Of a DNA stretch of 64,000 bases, positions 1 to 11,032 are shown in pieces. Source of the DNA: a virus; the IMG/VR virus record IMGVR_UViG_3300009527_000006, positions 28,026-92,025 of that record. The stretch is one strand, 5' to 3'. Under the pieces are notes generated by a model that saw nothing but the letters and a program-made list of their open reading frames with translations, did no database searches and had not been told where the DNA came from. How positions within the stretch are numbered: the first letter of the stretch is position 1; each line of letters starts with the position of its first letter. Position numbers and translations under genes: made by a program.

Positions 1-360
1 AATGCACCATTTTCAAAGGGAAGACAGAATTTTTCTAACTTACAAATAATGTTTTTAGATACTAATCAATCCTTTACTGATGGTGTTTTGCGTCCATGGA
101 CAATATTAGCAATGCATGAAGGTCTATTAGCTAGACCGAAAGATAAATCTATTAAGGCTGATATTCATGTATATCAATTAGCAAAAGCAGGAACCACTAC
201 TCCAAATGTAATTACTAAATCGTGGACTTATAGAAATTGTGTTCCTGTTGAAATATCCAAAGATGATCTTAAATATGATGGAACCTCTATAATAAAAAGA
301 CAGGCATATTTTACCTATACAACATATGACCTTAACCAAGAGCCTCAATCATCTTGTTAA
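1..360 (+). CDS. tail tube / baseplate tail-tube initiator (gp19/gp54-like), 5'-truncated by window
   Basis: Frame open from base 1; C-terminal 'WTYRNCVPVEISKDDLKYD...FTYTTY' tube-protein-like motif; precedes baseplate genes. Confidence 0.6.
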   Translation, partial: NAPFSKGRQNFSNLQIMFLDTNQSFTDGVLRPWTILAMHEGLLARPKDKSIKADIHVYQLAKAGTTTPNVITKSWTYRNCVPVEISKDDLKYDGTSIIKRQAYFTYTTYDLNQEPQSSC

Positions 361-1307
361 TGAAAAAAAGTAACTACCCTATATGGATACCTTCTCTTCA
401 AAAAGAACTCTATTTTAAAGAAGTAGATAGCGACCAACATAGACGCATTCTTAAAATAATAAATGATCTTAGAGACAACGAATTTTCAGACTTATTAAAC
501 GAAATAATAAAAGAAAATATAGAAGATGATAAATTCTATAAAAATTTGACAGTACTAGACCGATTTATCATAATTTTATATTCTAGAATGTATAGCTTTG
601 GAGATAAGATACGATTAGAAAAGACTTGTCAGAAATGTGGCGGAAAGCATGTCATTCAAATAGAACTTCCTAAAATAATAGATTCTCTTACACCATACAT
701 AGATCGTAAATTCAATAAAACCTTGTATATAGACGATTGTTATACTATAGAAGCAGACCTTCCTAATATACGTCATTCAGATACAATTAAGAAAGGTTTT
801 TCTAACATATCCCAACATATAGACGTTAACCAAAATAGATTTTACAGCTCATTTATCAAAAATATAAAAATTCATGATAAAATTTTTGAATCACTATCAT
901 TAAGATTGGATGAAATGACAGAAGTGATGAACTGCTTACCATCTGCTGTAGCGGATAATTTATATAAAAATTTTATAAAAGATATTACAAATTTATTTTC
1001 AGAATTGGTTATTGTTGATGCTGCATGTCCTACTACATCATGTGCCGAAAAATATCAAGTATCTATGAGATTGGACGATCTTAATACTGTATGTAGAATA
1101 CTTTTTTCGGACGATAATCTAGAAACCTTTTTCATGAATATCTACAACCTATCATCAGCAGCTCACATACCACCAAATTTTCTACTAAATCTATCTCCAT
1201 TAGAAGTCAGTATGTTTACTAATTTTCTGAGACAGGAAAATAAACAAAGACATAAGAATGCCGGACATGATAAGAATTTATTTGAAGGTCCGTCAGAATT
1301 TTCTTAA
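354..1307 (+). CDS. baseplate hub assembly protein (T4 gp26-like)
   Basis: 'IPSLQKELYFK', 'LTVLDRFIIILYSRMYSFGD..CQKCG' gp26-type pattern; synteny. Confidence 0.65.
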   Translation: MLMKKSNYPIWIPSLQKELYFKEVDSDQHRRILKIINDLRDNEFSDLLNEIIKENIEDDKFYKNLTVLDRFIIILYSRMYSFGDKIRLEKTCQKCGGKHVIQIELPKIIDSLTPYIDRKFNKTLYIDDCYTIEADLPNIRHSDTIKKGFSNISQHIDVNQNRFYSSFIKNIKIHDKIFESLSLRLDEMTEVMNCLPSAVADNLYKNFIKDITNLFSELVIVDAACPTTSCAEKYQVSMRLDDLNTVCRILFSDDNLETFFMNIYNLSSAAHIPPNFLLNLSPLEVSMFTNFLRQENKQRHKNAGHDKNLFEGPSEFS

Positions 1308-1316
1308 ATATCACAA

Positions 1317-2132
1317 ATGGACGAACCTATTACTAATATAAATGAAGTATTGAATTTAATTCATATAGCTAATAAAAAGCTAGAGCAAGAATTTACAGTT
1401 CCTAGCACCGGGGAAAAAATATTACTGAAACCATTAACTGCTCTTCACACCAAAGATATTACAAAAAGTTCGGTAGATGGGAATTTTATTCAAAATCAAT
1501 TTAATATAGAATTTTTCAAAATACTGCACAATATAATCGTAGGAGATAAAGAAGTAGTGCATAGAATTAATACTGTCGATAAGATTGCTTTGATCTTATT
1601 TTTGCGTATGCATAATATCAGTAAAAGAATAAAGGTAAGTTATAGTTCAGACAATTCTGACGAAAATCAAGAAACTTTTGAAATGGATATTGAGAAAATT
1701 CTTTCAAAATTCTATAAAAATAAAAAAGAGTTCAAATCAATACTAACCAATGATGATTATTCTATAGTATTAGATTTGCCTACAGTATCCGAAGAATATA
1801 TTTTTGATACTAGCTTACACGCTAACCATATTAGTAAATTTGATCGAAACAAGCAGGATAATGCAAAAAATATGATAGGAACATTATTTTTATACACATT
1901 AGCGTCTTATATCAAAGAATTACTTCTTCCCACTTCGCATGTTCCTCTTAAACAGATGTCGGTCGATTCTCGTATCAAAATAGTGGAGAATTTGAGTGCA
2001 GATAAAATAACTAAAGTATTAGAAACTATTGATAAAGATTATGGAGAGAGAATTTCTGAATTATTAACTGTTGAAACAAAGAATAAAAAAGGAAAAATAG
2101 AAATAACTCCTTTACTACTTCTTGCAAGTTAA
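1317..2132 (+). CDS. second gp26-like baseplate hub paralog
   Basis: 'VPSTGEKILLKPLT', 'DKIALILFLR', 'LDLPTV' resemble the upstream gene. Confidence 0.55.
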   Translation: MDEPITNINEVLNLIHIANKKLEQEFTVPSTGEKILLKPLTALHTKDITKSSVDGNFIQNQFNIEFFKILHNIIVGDKEVVHRINTVDKIALILFLRMHNISKRIKVSYSSDNSDENQETFEMDIEKILSKFYKNKKEFKSILTNDDYSIVLDLPTVSEEYIFDTSLHANHISKFDRNKQDNAKNMIGTLFLYTLASYIKELLLPTSHVPLKQMSVDSRIKIVENLSADKITKVLETIDKDYGERISELLTVETKNKKGKIEITPLLLLAS

Positions 2133-2142
2133 TTTGAAACAT

Positions 2143-2172
2143 AAAAAACCCGGATAATTATCCGGGTTTTTT
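2143..2172. terminator. bidirectional intrinsic terminator
   Basis: Palindrome AAAAAACCCGGATAATTATCCGGGTTTTTT between convergent genes. Confidence 0.85.
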
Positions 2173-2183
2173 ATAAAACATTG

Positions 2184-3086
2184 TTATCTAGTCATAATGT
2201 AAACTTTTGCTACAGAAGAATATAAATCGTCAATATCATTTGTACGAGAAGTATTATCACCGTCTAAATCTTCATTGTCTGACATAAACATTGCATTACC
2301 ATAACGTCCTTCAATTCTTTTGATAAAATGGTCTACTTTACGTTCTTCCTCATCAGTTAATCCACTATAATCACCATCTATTAAAGCAGATAGTGCCCAT
2401 GTAGGAACTGTGAAATCTACTGTCGAGGAATCAGTGTCCTCTGGTTCATGAGATTCTTGGACAGGCTGATTTTGTTGAGGTTGCTGCTGATTTTGTTGCG
2501 ACTGTTGAGCGGTATTAGCACTATTACCAGCCATATCATATATAAATTGTTTAATTTTTGCAGTAATATCTTGTGGATTGGCAAATGGCATACCCAACTT
2601 AGTAAAATCATTTACAATAGTTTGTGAAACAGAGTTAATGTAGCTCTCAATTTTAGCATTATTCGGCATTGTTTTAGCTTGTTGTATTTTTTGATTACCT
2701 TGCTGCTGTAATGCTTGGCCTCTTTGAGAGAGCGTATTGTTAGAGCCATCTATATTTGTTCCATATACAGAATTAGCCGCATTAGCAGCTTTATTTGCCA
2801 GATTACCAGCAGCATTATAAGCACTGCCTTTCAATTTATCTACCATTCCCCCGGCTGCTTGTTTTGCACCCTGATATGCCCCCTTTGCTTGGCCAAATCG
2901 GGATTTCATTCGATCAAACATTCCTTCCTCAACCAATCTTTTTTTAGTAATAGAGTCACAGCTCTCAAGCAATTTAAGCACTTCGGCAAAATCTCCGCGT
3001 TTTTCTGCAAGAGCTATTTTATCATAATTGGTAGAAAATTTAGCGGTACTTTCTACGCACAACATAGTTAATTCATCGTATCTCAT
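2184..3086 (-). CDS. hypothetical Q/A-rich protein, likely virion-associated
   Basis: 300-aa ORF; TAAATA box 6 nt upstream of ATG. Confidence 0.6.
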   Translation of the reverse strand: MRYDELTMLCVESTAKFSTNYDKIALAEKRGDFAEVLKLLESCDSITKKRLVEEGMFDRMKSRFGQAKGAYQGAKQAAGGMVDKLKGSAYNAAGNLANKAANAANSVYGTNIDGSNNTLSQRGQALQQQGNQKIQQAKTMPNNAKIESYINSVSQTIVNDFTKLGMPFANPQDITAKIKQFIYDMAGNSANTAQQSQQNQQQPQQNQPVQESHEPEDTDSSTVDFTVPTWALSALIDGDYSGLTDEEERKVDHFIKRIEGRYGNAMFMSDNEDLDGDNTSRTNDIDDLYSSVAKVYIMTR

Positions 3087-3092
3087 TTATAT

Positions 3093-3110
3093 TATTTAGC
3101 ATAATAAATA
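3093..3110. promoter_or_regulatory. back-to-back late-promoter-like TAAATA boxes
   Basis: TATTTA 3093-3098 (- strand box) and TAAATA 3105-3110, each 6 nt from a divergent ATG; resembles T4 gp55 TATAAATA. Confidence 0.65.
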
Positions 3111-3116
3111 ATATAA

Positions 3117-5450
3117 ATGGCTTCCTCATTCAAAGACTTCTTTATTGCAGTAGACAAATATCTTCAATCTAACGGAAAGGGAAGTGGAGGTAATACTATT
3201 GCACAGAAAATAAACAATCTTTTTGATAATACTAAATCACCTTTGTCTCTGAAAAGCGGCAGTGTTTTAGAAAAACTTTATCTTAATATGAATAGCTTTG
3301 CTGATAGCATAGCATTAAATGAAATAATAATAAATGATTTGGGAAAAGATATTATTAATACTGGAGTTTCTAAAAACTTCACAAAAATTAATACAGGAAT
3401 AGGTAAATTTATCAGGAGTATGGATGCCATGTCTTCTGCGGCAGGCAATGTTACTTCTAAATTATCAGCATTTAAAATAAAAGGTCTTAATACCAGACCT
3501 GCAATTTCTGGAGCAGGAATAGCAGATGCATTTTCTAGCAGATTTACATCAACCAGAATAGATACTAATACTCGTAATGGGGTTCGTTACAGTCGTGCAT
3601 TAGATGTAAATTTAAGTAAAAATAGCATAACAAACTTTCTTAATGAATGGACTATACGAAGCATCTATATCGGTAAAAATATTCCAATGCAAGTATCTAT
3701 TCATAATATAGATGAAATTATTGCTCGCTGGACTAATCGACTTTCAACAGAAAAACTGCAAACACAGAACCCTAATGGAACTTTAGATACTAAAAATCTT
3801 TTGAATGTAAGAATAATGGGATTGTCAGATGAAGTATCAAAATCAATCCGTCAATTATCTGGAAAATCTAACAAAGACTCTGAAAATTCAGGGGGATTGT
3901 TTGGCAGAATTTTCGGAACATTTGCTAGCGGAATCGCACTGTTTGGAACTCTGGCAGGATTAAATTATCTACTCAATAATACTCCAGTAGGAGGGATGAT
4001 TAAAAATTTCTTATGGGCAGGAATAGATTTGGTATGGGAAAATAGAGAACCTATTGGTGAATTTTTATATGAGCAAATAAATGGAGTATATAATTTAGTT
4101 ACAGGTTACTTCAAAAATCTTTTCAATTTATTAGGTCTTAAAGACAGATTAGGAAAAGAAGGTGAAGGAACTGCGGTTTTTTTGACTAGATTAGCCCATA
4201 AAATCATAGGATTCTTTGATACTAAATTTCTTGGAGGATTGGGAGGAAAAATAGCTAATTCTGTAAAAAGTATAGCAAAATTACCCGAAACTATTCTTCA
4301 GAAAATTGGAGGATTTTTAATGGGGGACCAGATTAAACAAGGTCTGGATACTGTAATGAAAGAATTTTCTAAATCTTGGAATGTTAAAAATTTAATAACA
4401 GGAACAAAAACTCTGTTCAAAGGCGCTGGACTCACCAAAATAGCCGGATATGCCCTATCTCTTGTGGGAAAAGTGACAAAGTTATTAAAATTTATACCCG
4501 GATTAGGAGCTATTATATCATTTTATTCAGCTTATCAAAGATTTTCAGCAGGTGATTATGTAGGAGGGCTTATTGAGCTTGGAGGAGCTATTCCGGTAGT
4601 CGGCTGGGGATTCATGGCTCTTAATATGTATCTTGATGCCGCAAAGAGTGAAGAAAAAAAATCTTGGAATGCTTCAATAGGCGATTTCTTAGGAAAGGCT
4701 GGTGATTGGATCATGAAAAACGTCAAAAATATTCCATTAATAGGGGGTTTAGTTGACATAGGAGTAGGAATTTATGATATAATTAAGGGAGATTATAAGA
4801 AAGGTTTTGAAGAAATTTTCAACGGACTTTTCAGAATAACTCCTTTTGGATGGATAGCAGAAGCATATTCTGCTATCACCGCTATTACAGAAAATTCCGA
4901 TGATTCTTCTTCAAAAAACATACTTCCTAACAAAGGAAATTCTATTCCTATAGTTCAATCTATTATGGAATTTTTTACAAAACCAATTGATGCCTTTGTA
5001 GGATTTATAAAAGAATTATCTAATTCGGTTATAGGAAAACTAGCATCTATGGGAAAATCTGGTATTTTAGATACTCTTTGGAATTTCTCTATGCCGGGAA
5101 TGGCATATAATGCGGTCAAAAAAAATTCTAATTCTACTTCTTTAGACGTAAAATCTAAAGAACTAATTAGAGGCGTTGCTGCTACTTCTGAAAAAACTGC
5201 TGCGGTTAAAGAGGATAGCAACAATATAATATATGCAGAACTAGAGAAAACAAGAAGTAGTATTGACGAAATGAAAGTTTTATTAGAGATGTATCTAAAA
5301 ACTTCTATAGAGGGGATAGCAGGCATGGTAGATGCGTCTCTCAGAGGCTCACAATTAGTATCAGATACAATAGTAAAGACTACCCAAAATAATCAAAGAC
5401 CTGTTGATACGAGCATATCAGAATTCCGTAGAAATATAGATCGTAAATAA
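3117..5450 (+). CDS. tape-measure-like / tail length determinant
   Basis: 777 aa with G/hydrophobic repeats ('KFIPGLGAIIS..AYQRFSAGDYVGGLIELGGAIP') in the baseplate cluster. Confidence 0.6.
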   Translation: MASSFKDFFIAVDKYLQSNGKGSGGNTIAQKINNLFDNTKSPLSLKSGSVLEKLYLNMNSFADSIALNEIIINDLGKDIINTGVSKNFTKINTGIGKFIRSMDAMSSAAGNVTSKLSAFKIKGLNTRPAISGAGIADAFSSRFTSTRIDTNTRNGVRYSRALDVNLSKNSITNFLNEWTIRSIYIGKNIPMQVSIHNIDEIIARWTNRLSTEKLQTQNPNGTLDTKNLLNVRIMGLSDEVSKSIRQLSGKSNKDSENSGGLFGRIFGTFASGIALFGTLAGLNYLLNNTPVGGMIKNFLWAGIDLVWENREPIGEFLYEQINGVYNLVTGYFKNLFNLLGLKDRLGKEGEGTAVFLTRLAHKIIGFFDTKFLGGLGGKIANSVKSIAKLPETILQKIGGFLMGDQIKQGLDTVMKEFSKSWNVKNLITGTKTLFKGAGLTKIAGYALSLVGKVTKLLKFIPGLGAIISFYSAYQRFSAGDYVGGLIELGGAIPVVGWGFMALNMYLDAAKSEEKKSWNASIGDFLGKAGDWIMKNVKNIPLIGGLVDIGVGIYDIIKGDYKKGFEEIFNGLFRITPFGWIAEAYSAITAITENSDDSSSKNILPNKGNSIPIVQSIMEFFTKPIDAFVGFIKELSNSVIGKLASMGKSGILDTLWNFSMPGMAYNAVKKNSNSTSLDVKSKELIRGVAATSEKTAAVKEDSNNIIYAELEKTRSSIDEMKVLLEMYLKTSIEGIAGMVDASLRGSQLVSDTIVKTTQNNQRPVDTSISEFRRNIDRK

Positions 5451-5455
5451 TATAA

Positions 5456-6526
5456 ATGACTGTTAGATATAAAATTTCGGACAAATCTTCTAAATTTCTA
5501 ATTCCTGATAGTAATGGAGGAAATATAGATGTCACTCAAATGGCATGGACTGTCACGCCAAAGAGCGGTAGAACTGAAATACCCAGCGCAACACTGATAG
5601 AGTATCAACAATCCGCAGGACAACTAATTTCATCTATAGCAAATTATACCAAAGCCGGAATAGACTTTTTTGCCGGAACATCTGAAGATAGTAGAAACAA
5701 TGCTTATCTACACAAATACTTCGCAAATCCTACTGGGTTTGTTTATAAAATTCCATTCTTTTCTGAAACAAAATATTCTAAAACAAATGATTTTGGTGGA
5801 GATGATAAAGATAGCATATCATCTATACTGAGTGGAATAACTGGCACAGGCGGTTCGTCTAATAAATATTCAAATATTTTATCTACTCTATCAGTTGCAA
5901 AAACAATAGTGCAGTCATCCATGGCTTCAAAATTAAATTTTGAAAATCCGCAACATTGGACATCATCATCAGTTCCATCAATAAAAATTACTTGGGATTT
6001 GCATAATACAGGTTCGGTGGAAGATATAGTCAATAACAGAAATCTAGCATATATTCTTAACTATCAAAATAGTCCGTCAAGAAAAAATGCCATTTTAATG
6101 GACCCTCCAGTAATATATACTCTTCACATTCCTGATTGCGTTCACATGCCTGCATGTTTTGTAGATTCATTGGAAATAACTAATTTAGGAAATACCTGGG
6201 AAAAGGTTCTTCCTAATTCTGGAAGTAATGAAAAAAGAATAATTCCCGAAGCATACCGTTTTAATATAAGTTTCAAGTCTTTACTAATGGATACTAGAAA
6301 TATGCAAACTGGCATGGATGATGGCAAATTTCCTTCAGCAATAACAGATTCAAAATTACTAGAAGATTTCGCAAATGTTTTATCCGAATTAGAAGCTACT
6401 AAGAACGAAGATATTAAAAATAGGGCACTATCTTTAGCAAATAGATTATCATCAGAATTAGGTTTTCCATTAACCCCTCTAATCAACACTGTCAATCAGA
6501 CCGCAGTAAATCAACCGACTCCATAA
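5456..6526 (+). CDS. baseplate tail-tube cap (gp48-like)
   Basis: 'ITWDLHNT..PPVIYTLHIP..ACFVDSLEI' tube-initiator-like fold; position before gp53. Confidence 0.5.
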   Translation: MTVRYKISDKSSKFLIPDSNGGNIDVTQMAWTVTPKSGRTEIPSATLIEYQQSAGQLISSIANYTKAGIDFFAGTSEDSRNNAYLHKYFANPTGFVYKIPFFSETKYSKTNDFGGDDKDSISSILSGITGTGGSSNKYSNILSTLSVAKTIVQSSMASKLNFENPQHWTSSSVPSIKITWDLHNTGSVEDIVNNRNLAYILNYQNSPSRKNAILMDPPVIYTLHIPDCVHMPACFVDSLEITNLGNTWEKVLPNSGSNEKRIIPEAYRFNISFKSLLMDTRNMQTGMDDGKFPSAITDSKLLEDFANVLSELEATKNEDIKNRALSLANRLSSELGFPLTPLINTVNQTAVNQPTP

Positions 6527-6530
6527 ATTT

Positions 6531-6845
6531 ATGCAAAAACTTCCAACAGATTACTCTAAATTATTTGATATTCATACTGATTCAAACGGATTAGGATTTT
6601 TGAATTTATATGATTCTATAATAATAGGTGATAATATTAATCCTGATTTTTACTCCGATTATTATTTTTCTGATGGTGATGATTTCTATTCTCTTGCTAA
6701 TAAATTCTACGAAAATCATAGATTGTGGTGGATAATTCTTCTAGTGAATAGAATAGACAATCCTTTTGAATTTACAGGTGGACTTATTAAAATTCCTAAC
6801 CAATCTCTCATAAACATCATATTAGATGCCTTAAATAATAAATAA
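6531..6845 (+). CDS. baseplate wedge LysM protein (gp53-like)
   Basis: 'DDFYSLANKFYENHRLWWIILLVNRIDNPF' signature. Confidence 0.85.
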   Translation: MQKLPTDYSKLFDIHTDSNGLGFLNLYDSIIIGDNINPDFYSDYYFSDGDDFYSLANKFYENHRLWWIILLVNRIDNPFEFTGGLIKIPNQSLINIILDALNNK

Positions 6846-8395
6846 TGTCAGATTTTCCATATAATTTTAATAGAACTGATTACATTTTTTCAATAAAACT
6901 ACTCAATGGAACGCATGAAGTTGAGCTGAAACCCGGAGTATGGGACTATCTAACATTACATGAAGATATTTTTCGTTGGTGGACAGTAGGTTCTATAGAA
7001 ATAAATTCATCCAATGAATCTTTAGAAAGAGGTTCAGATTATTTTGGCGTAGTTGGCATTGATGAGAAACAGGTAAATTATAAATTTAGAAATGATGGAA
7101 GAGACACTATTTTTATAAAAATACGGCCCAAAGATGAAAATTTATCAATTTCAGATGCTTCTTTTGATGAAAAAAGATGGCATATAGAATTAGATTGCGT
7201 AATATATCAAGTTGAGGATTTGGCTCATAGTTCTTTAGGCGACAAGAGAAAAAAATTATTCTTCCATGAAAAAACTTATCAGTTGATGCTAGAAAAAAAT
7301 ACAACTTTTTCGACATCTACAGTAGGCGAAAATGCTAAAAAGGAAAAGATATACAAACTCACTAATGAAGAAAGAAGTCTTCCTTCTGGAGAGGCTATTA
7401 AAGAACTGCTCAAAAATGACCCAGACTTTTCTAAACATGCCGAAAATACAGATAATACAGAATTATGGGACTTAGGTAGTAAGGATAACAAGATATTTTA
7501 TAATTCGCCTAGCAATTATAAATTTATAGATGACCTATATTATCTTTTAGAAAATCACATTTCTTCTGAAGAGAACAATTACATGCCCTGTTTGCTGAAG
7601 TTTGAACGAAATGGTGAAAACAAACCTAAACAATTTTCACTAATATCATTCAAAAAATTATTTGAAAAAGCTGGAAAATCGGTTCCCGGAGAATATCAAT
7701 TAGAACACATATTTTTAGAAGAAAATTCAGAAAATCATAATAAAGATCAAATCTTAATTAAAAAGGCACCTTTGAATAAAGATAGTTCTGTGAATGGAGA
7801 ATTAAAAGCAACGCACTTCACTGATGCACCTCGTTATCAATTAATTGATATGAGCGGAATGGACTATTCTACAAAATTGTTCAATAGAAATGTAGTGGCA
7901 TATAACAGTAAAGATGGGCAATGGAATATAGAAATGGAGGAAAATAAAGCAGAAAAATTCAAAGACTTTTTCAAAAACGCCATTTCTCAGAATGTGATGA
8001 CAAATCTTAAAGAAGATCGGTTGCCTATAACACGTTTCTTAAAAGACGGCTACAATACTGAAGACGTATATAGTATTCATCCAAGTGATAAATTGCGTTT
8101 AGCCGACGGAAGAAATGCTATTATTAAAAATTATCTCTTCCAAAATTTAGCAATAAGTTTAGATTTAAGAGGTCTTACACAAAGACAGCCCGGAAGATTT
8201 TTTGGATTATCTAAATCTACCGAAAATACTCAAGAACATGATAATAAACTCGAAGGTCAATACTTAACAGTAAACGTCATTCACCTTTTTAGCACGTCAT
8301 CTCATTCTTATTCCAATAAAATAATAGGAATAAAAACGCACACGTATCAAGAAAAATTTGCTCTTGTGGATGATGATGTAATAACGACTTCTTAA
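6845..8395 (+). CDS. baseplate hub protein (gp27-like)
   Basis: C-terminal 'RGLTQRQPGRF..LEGQYLTVNVIHLF' hub motif; synteny gp53-hub-gp5. Confidence 0.6.
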   Translation: MSDFPYNFNRTDYIFSIKLLNGTHEVELKPGVWDYLTLHEDIFRWWTVGSIEINSSNESLERGSDYFGVVGIDEKQVNYKFRNDGRDTIFIKIRPKDENLSISDASFDEKRWHIELDCVIYQVEDLAHSSLGDKRKKLFFHEKTYQLMLEKNTTFSTSTVGENAKKEKIYKLTNEERSLPSGEAIKELLKNDPDFSKHAENTDNTELWDLGSKDNKIFYNSPSNYKFIDDLYYLLENHISSEENNYMPCLLKFERNGENKPKQFSLISFKKLFEKAGKSVPGEYQLEHIFLEENSENHNKDQILIKKAPLNKDSSVNGELKATHFTDAPRYQLIDMSGMDYSTKLFNRNVVAYNSKDGQWNIEMEENKAEKFKDFFKNAISQNVMTNLKEDRLPITRFLKDGYNTEDVYSIHPSDKLRLADGRNAIIKNYLFQNLAISLDLRGLTQRQPGRFFGLSKSTENTQEHDNKLEGQYLTVNVIHLFSTSSHSYSNKIIGIKTHTYQEKFALVDDDVITTS

Positions 8396-8406
8396 ATAAT
8401 ATTATT

Positions 8407-9375
8407 ATGATAGTAACCGAAACATTTACAAAGAATCTTACTGCAAATCCTTCTGGTAAAAGAAAAGAGTCGCCTACTATTTTTGATGAACTCAGATGGG
8501 CAATGCAACATAGTGAGGATCCACTGAGACAAACTATGCAGTTGATTTCTGAAATACACGGTCCTTGGACTGGAATGACCGAAGACGTTTTAGGATTACT
8601 TAATTTAATACTATCATTATATAATAGCAAATCATCTAAAATAAACATCAATGCAAAGGCGGCAGTAGGAGCACTGGGTAAATTAGTTGCCCCTAGTAGT
8701 AATATTGGAAGGCTCTCTTCTATTACTGCAAATGATATGAACCCTGCCTTTCTTAGAGAATTTGTAAGGCGTTCTCAAAATATAAACCCAGCAGTATTCA
8801 CTTTTATCCAGCACAATATCGGAAAATATCCATATTTCCAACAAGTTTCTGAACAAGTAGGAAGCCTTGGCCAAGCAATATTGACCAAACGCGATGTTAA
8901 ATTAGAAGATCGCGTAAAAACTAATGGGAAAAATTCATGGCAAACCTCATATCCAGTAAGAAGAAATTCTGATATAAAGATATTTTCGCAAATATCATCT
9001 AATATAGATATAAGTGATGCTTTTTTAGATGTATGTTTTCTTAGATGTTTAAGCAGCAGCAATAATGGTGCAATACTAGAAAAATCTGATACTTCTATTT
9101 CGCATGGATTTGATTTATCACCTGATATTCTTAACAAAGACCGTGTTAAAAAATCATCTGCCCCGTGCTTAGCAGAAGCCGTTAATCGTTTCGGGCCGAC
9201 AATTAAATTATTAGATACTTTCTTTCCAGTAAAATATGAAGTTAAACCCGTTCCAGAGTTTAAAACTATAAAAACTGAAATTGGCTCGGTCATGGTAGAC
9301 CAATTAGCAAGACCTGTTAAAAACGATCCTGCATTACCTGTTGCTAAACAAGAATACAAGAAAAACAATTCTTAA
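8407..9375 (+). CDS. hypothetical late protein
   Basis: 322-aa ORF with TAAATA box upstream. Confidence 0.55.
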   Translation: MIVTETFTKNLTANPSGKRKESPTIFDELRWAMQHSEDPLRQTMQLISEIHGPWTGMTEDVLGLLNLILSLYNSKSSKININAKAAVGALGKLVAPSSNIGRLSSITANDMNPAFLREFVRRSQNINPAVFTFIQHNIGKYPYFQQVSEQVGSLGQAILTKRDVKLEDRVKTNGKNSWQTSYPVRRNSDIKIFSQISSNIDISDAFLDVCFLRCLSSSNNGAILEKSDTSISHGFDLSPDILNKDRVKKSSAPCLAEAVNRFGPTIKLLDTFFPVKYEVKPVPEFKTIKTEIGSVMVDQLARPVKNDPALPVAKQEYKKNNS

Positions 9376-9383
9376 ATAAACAT

Positions 9384-11021
9384 ATGGATTATAATAGAAA
9401 TTATCGCGGAATCATTGTGCAAAATGATGATCCTGAAGAAATGGGACGTGTCAAAGTTTTCGTTCCATCGGTAAACATGACTTTATATGAAAATTGGAAC
9501 AAAGAAAAGAAGGATAAAAAATTTACCAAATTTGGTGCAAATCTAAACGAAGAAGGAGACGGAATAACACCAGAAATTATGTCAAAGTTGGCAGATTCTC
9601 TTCCTTGGGCAATAGTTCAACAACCGATATTTGGAGGAGGTAATGCAGTTAATTTCCATAGAGATATTGATTATTCTGAAAAAAGCAATGATTCGGATAA
9701 TTCTATTCAGCACACTTTCACAAATAAAGAACTTCCTCCAAACAATAATACTGATAAACCTTCTTTAGAAGATAGATTAGCACATGAAAATGCCATTCCA
9801 TCAGAAAATTCTTCAGAAAAATCCGAAGATTCATCAAATGATTGGATAAAAAACATAGTTTCATCTGATGAAGCTACTAAAACGAGTAATAATGCTGCGG
9901 CAGAAGAAGAGGCAGAAACCTCTAATGTCGGAGGTATTACTATAACTCATATTTCAAAAAATATTCAAAATTTGAGAGGCCGAAAGTTTTTCTCAACTTC
10001 TAGTATAGAAACAGGAAACCAAAAATTCAACCAATACTATGATATTACCAACAATAGAATGAGAAATTCTTATATTGGCATTGATGGTAATATAGTAAAT
10101 GTTCCTCCTCTTTTGACATATTCAAATCCTAATCAAAGTAATGTACCAGACTTCACAGAGTTTGTTAGAATATCCCCTCAAGGAGTAGATCGTTATAAAA
10201 TAAACTCAGAGCTGCTCCTAATGAATAATGGTAAGATTGTGGCAAAAGACGAATTAGATGCTACTGGCAAAAAAAGAAGTAATAGCTTTTCTATAAATGT
10301 AGAGGACATAGTTGAAATAAATGTAGTCCCCACAAATAGTCTGCCTATAAATTTAATCAATGGCACGTTTAATTTTATAGCAAATTTAATACAGCCCGCA
10401 TTAGTTCCAATCACTCCATCTAAAAATCCTGTATTGCCGCCTTTTCCTGTGCCGTTCCCTATGCACAATGCGGGCGGTGGAGGTGCCGATATGAACACAC
10501 TCACATCTTCAGACCTACTTCCCACAAATGCCTTGAAAAACAGCCTCTCTGGAGGAAGTAACCCAAATTCAGTATCACGTCAAAATCAAGGAACCGAACC
10601 AGACAAACAGACCGATCCTAATAAAACTAAACATCCTAATACTAATCATCCAGATAAGAATAAACATCCATTGCGTTCAAGCACACAAGGAAATAAAGTT
10701 AAAGGAATGGTCAGTATTCCTGCGGTAGGAACAAATGTAAATGTATTTTTTGAACAGGGAAATATTAACTATCCTATAGTAACAGGCTACTATTTCACAA
10801 AAGAAGATTTAAGAGGTATTCATGATTCCAGCACTGAAAAAGAGAGAGAAAACAGTATTAGTGAAAAAGGAATGTTTGATAAAATAGTAGAAGCAGCGAC
10901 AGAGGCAAATACTGATATAGCGCATAGTATTACTACTAAATTATCAAAATTGATTTATGGAGATTGGACAAAACCATTTACAGAAGAACAATTAAAATCA
11001 TTTACACAGAAAGAGCCTTAA
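9384..11021 (+). CDS. gp5/VgrG N-terminal OB-fold protein with large internal insertion
   Basis: 'YRGIIVQNDDPEEMGRVKVFVP..LPWA' and, far downstream, 'IPAVGTNVNVFFEQGNINYPIVTG'. Confidence 0.75.
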   Translation: MDYNRNYRGIIVQNDDPEEMGRVKVFVPSVNMTLYENWNKEKKDKKFTKFGANLNEEGDGITPEIMSKLADSLPWAIVQQPIFGGGNAVNFHRDIDYSEKSNDSDNSIQHTFTNKELPPNNNTDKPSLEDRLAHENAIPSENSSEKSEDSSNDWIKNIVSSDEATKTSNNAAAEEEAETSNVGGITITHISKNIQNLRGRKFFSTSSIETGNQKFNQYYDITNNRMRNSYIGIDGNIVNVPPLLTYSNPNQSNVPDFTEFVRISPQGVDRYKINSELLLMNNGKIVAKDELDATGKKRSNSFSINVEDIVEINVVPTNSLPINLINGTFNFIANLIQPALVPITPSKNPVLPPFPVPFPMHNAGGGGADMNTLTSSDLLPTNALKNSLSGGSNPNSVSRQNQGTEPDKQTDPNKTKHPNTNHPDKNKHPLRSSTQGNKVKGMVSIPAVGTNVNVFFEQGNINYPIVTGYYFTKEDLRGIHDSSTEKERENSISEKGMFDKIVEAATEANTDIAHSITTKLSKLIYGDWTKPFTEEQLKSFTQKEP

Positions 11022-11032
11022 TATTATTGAAT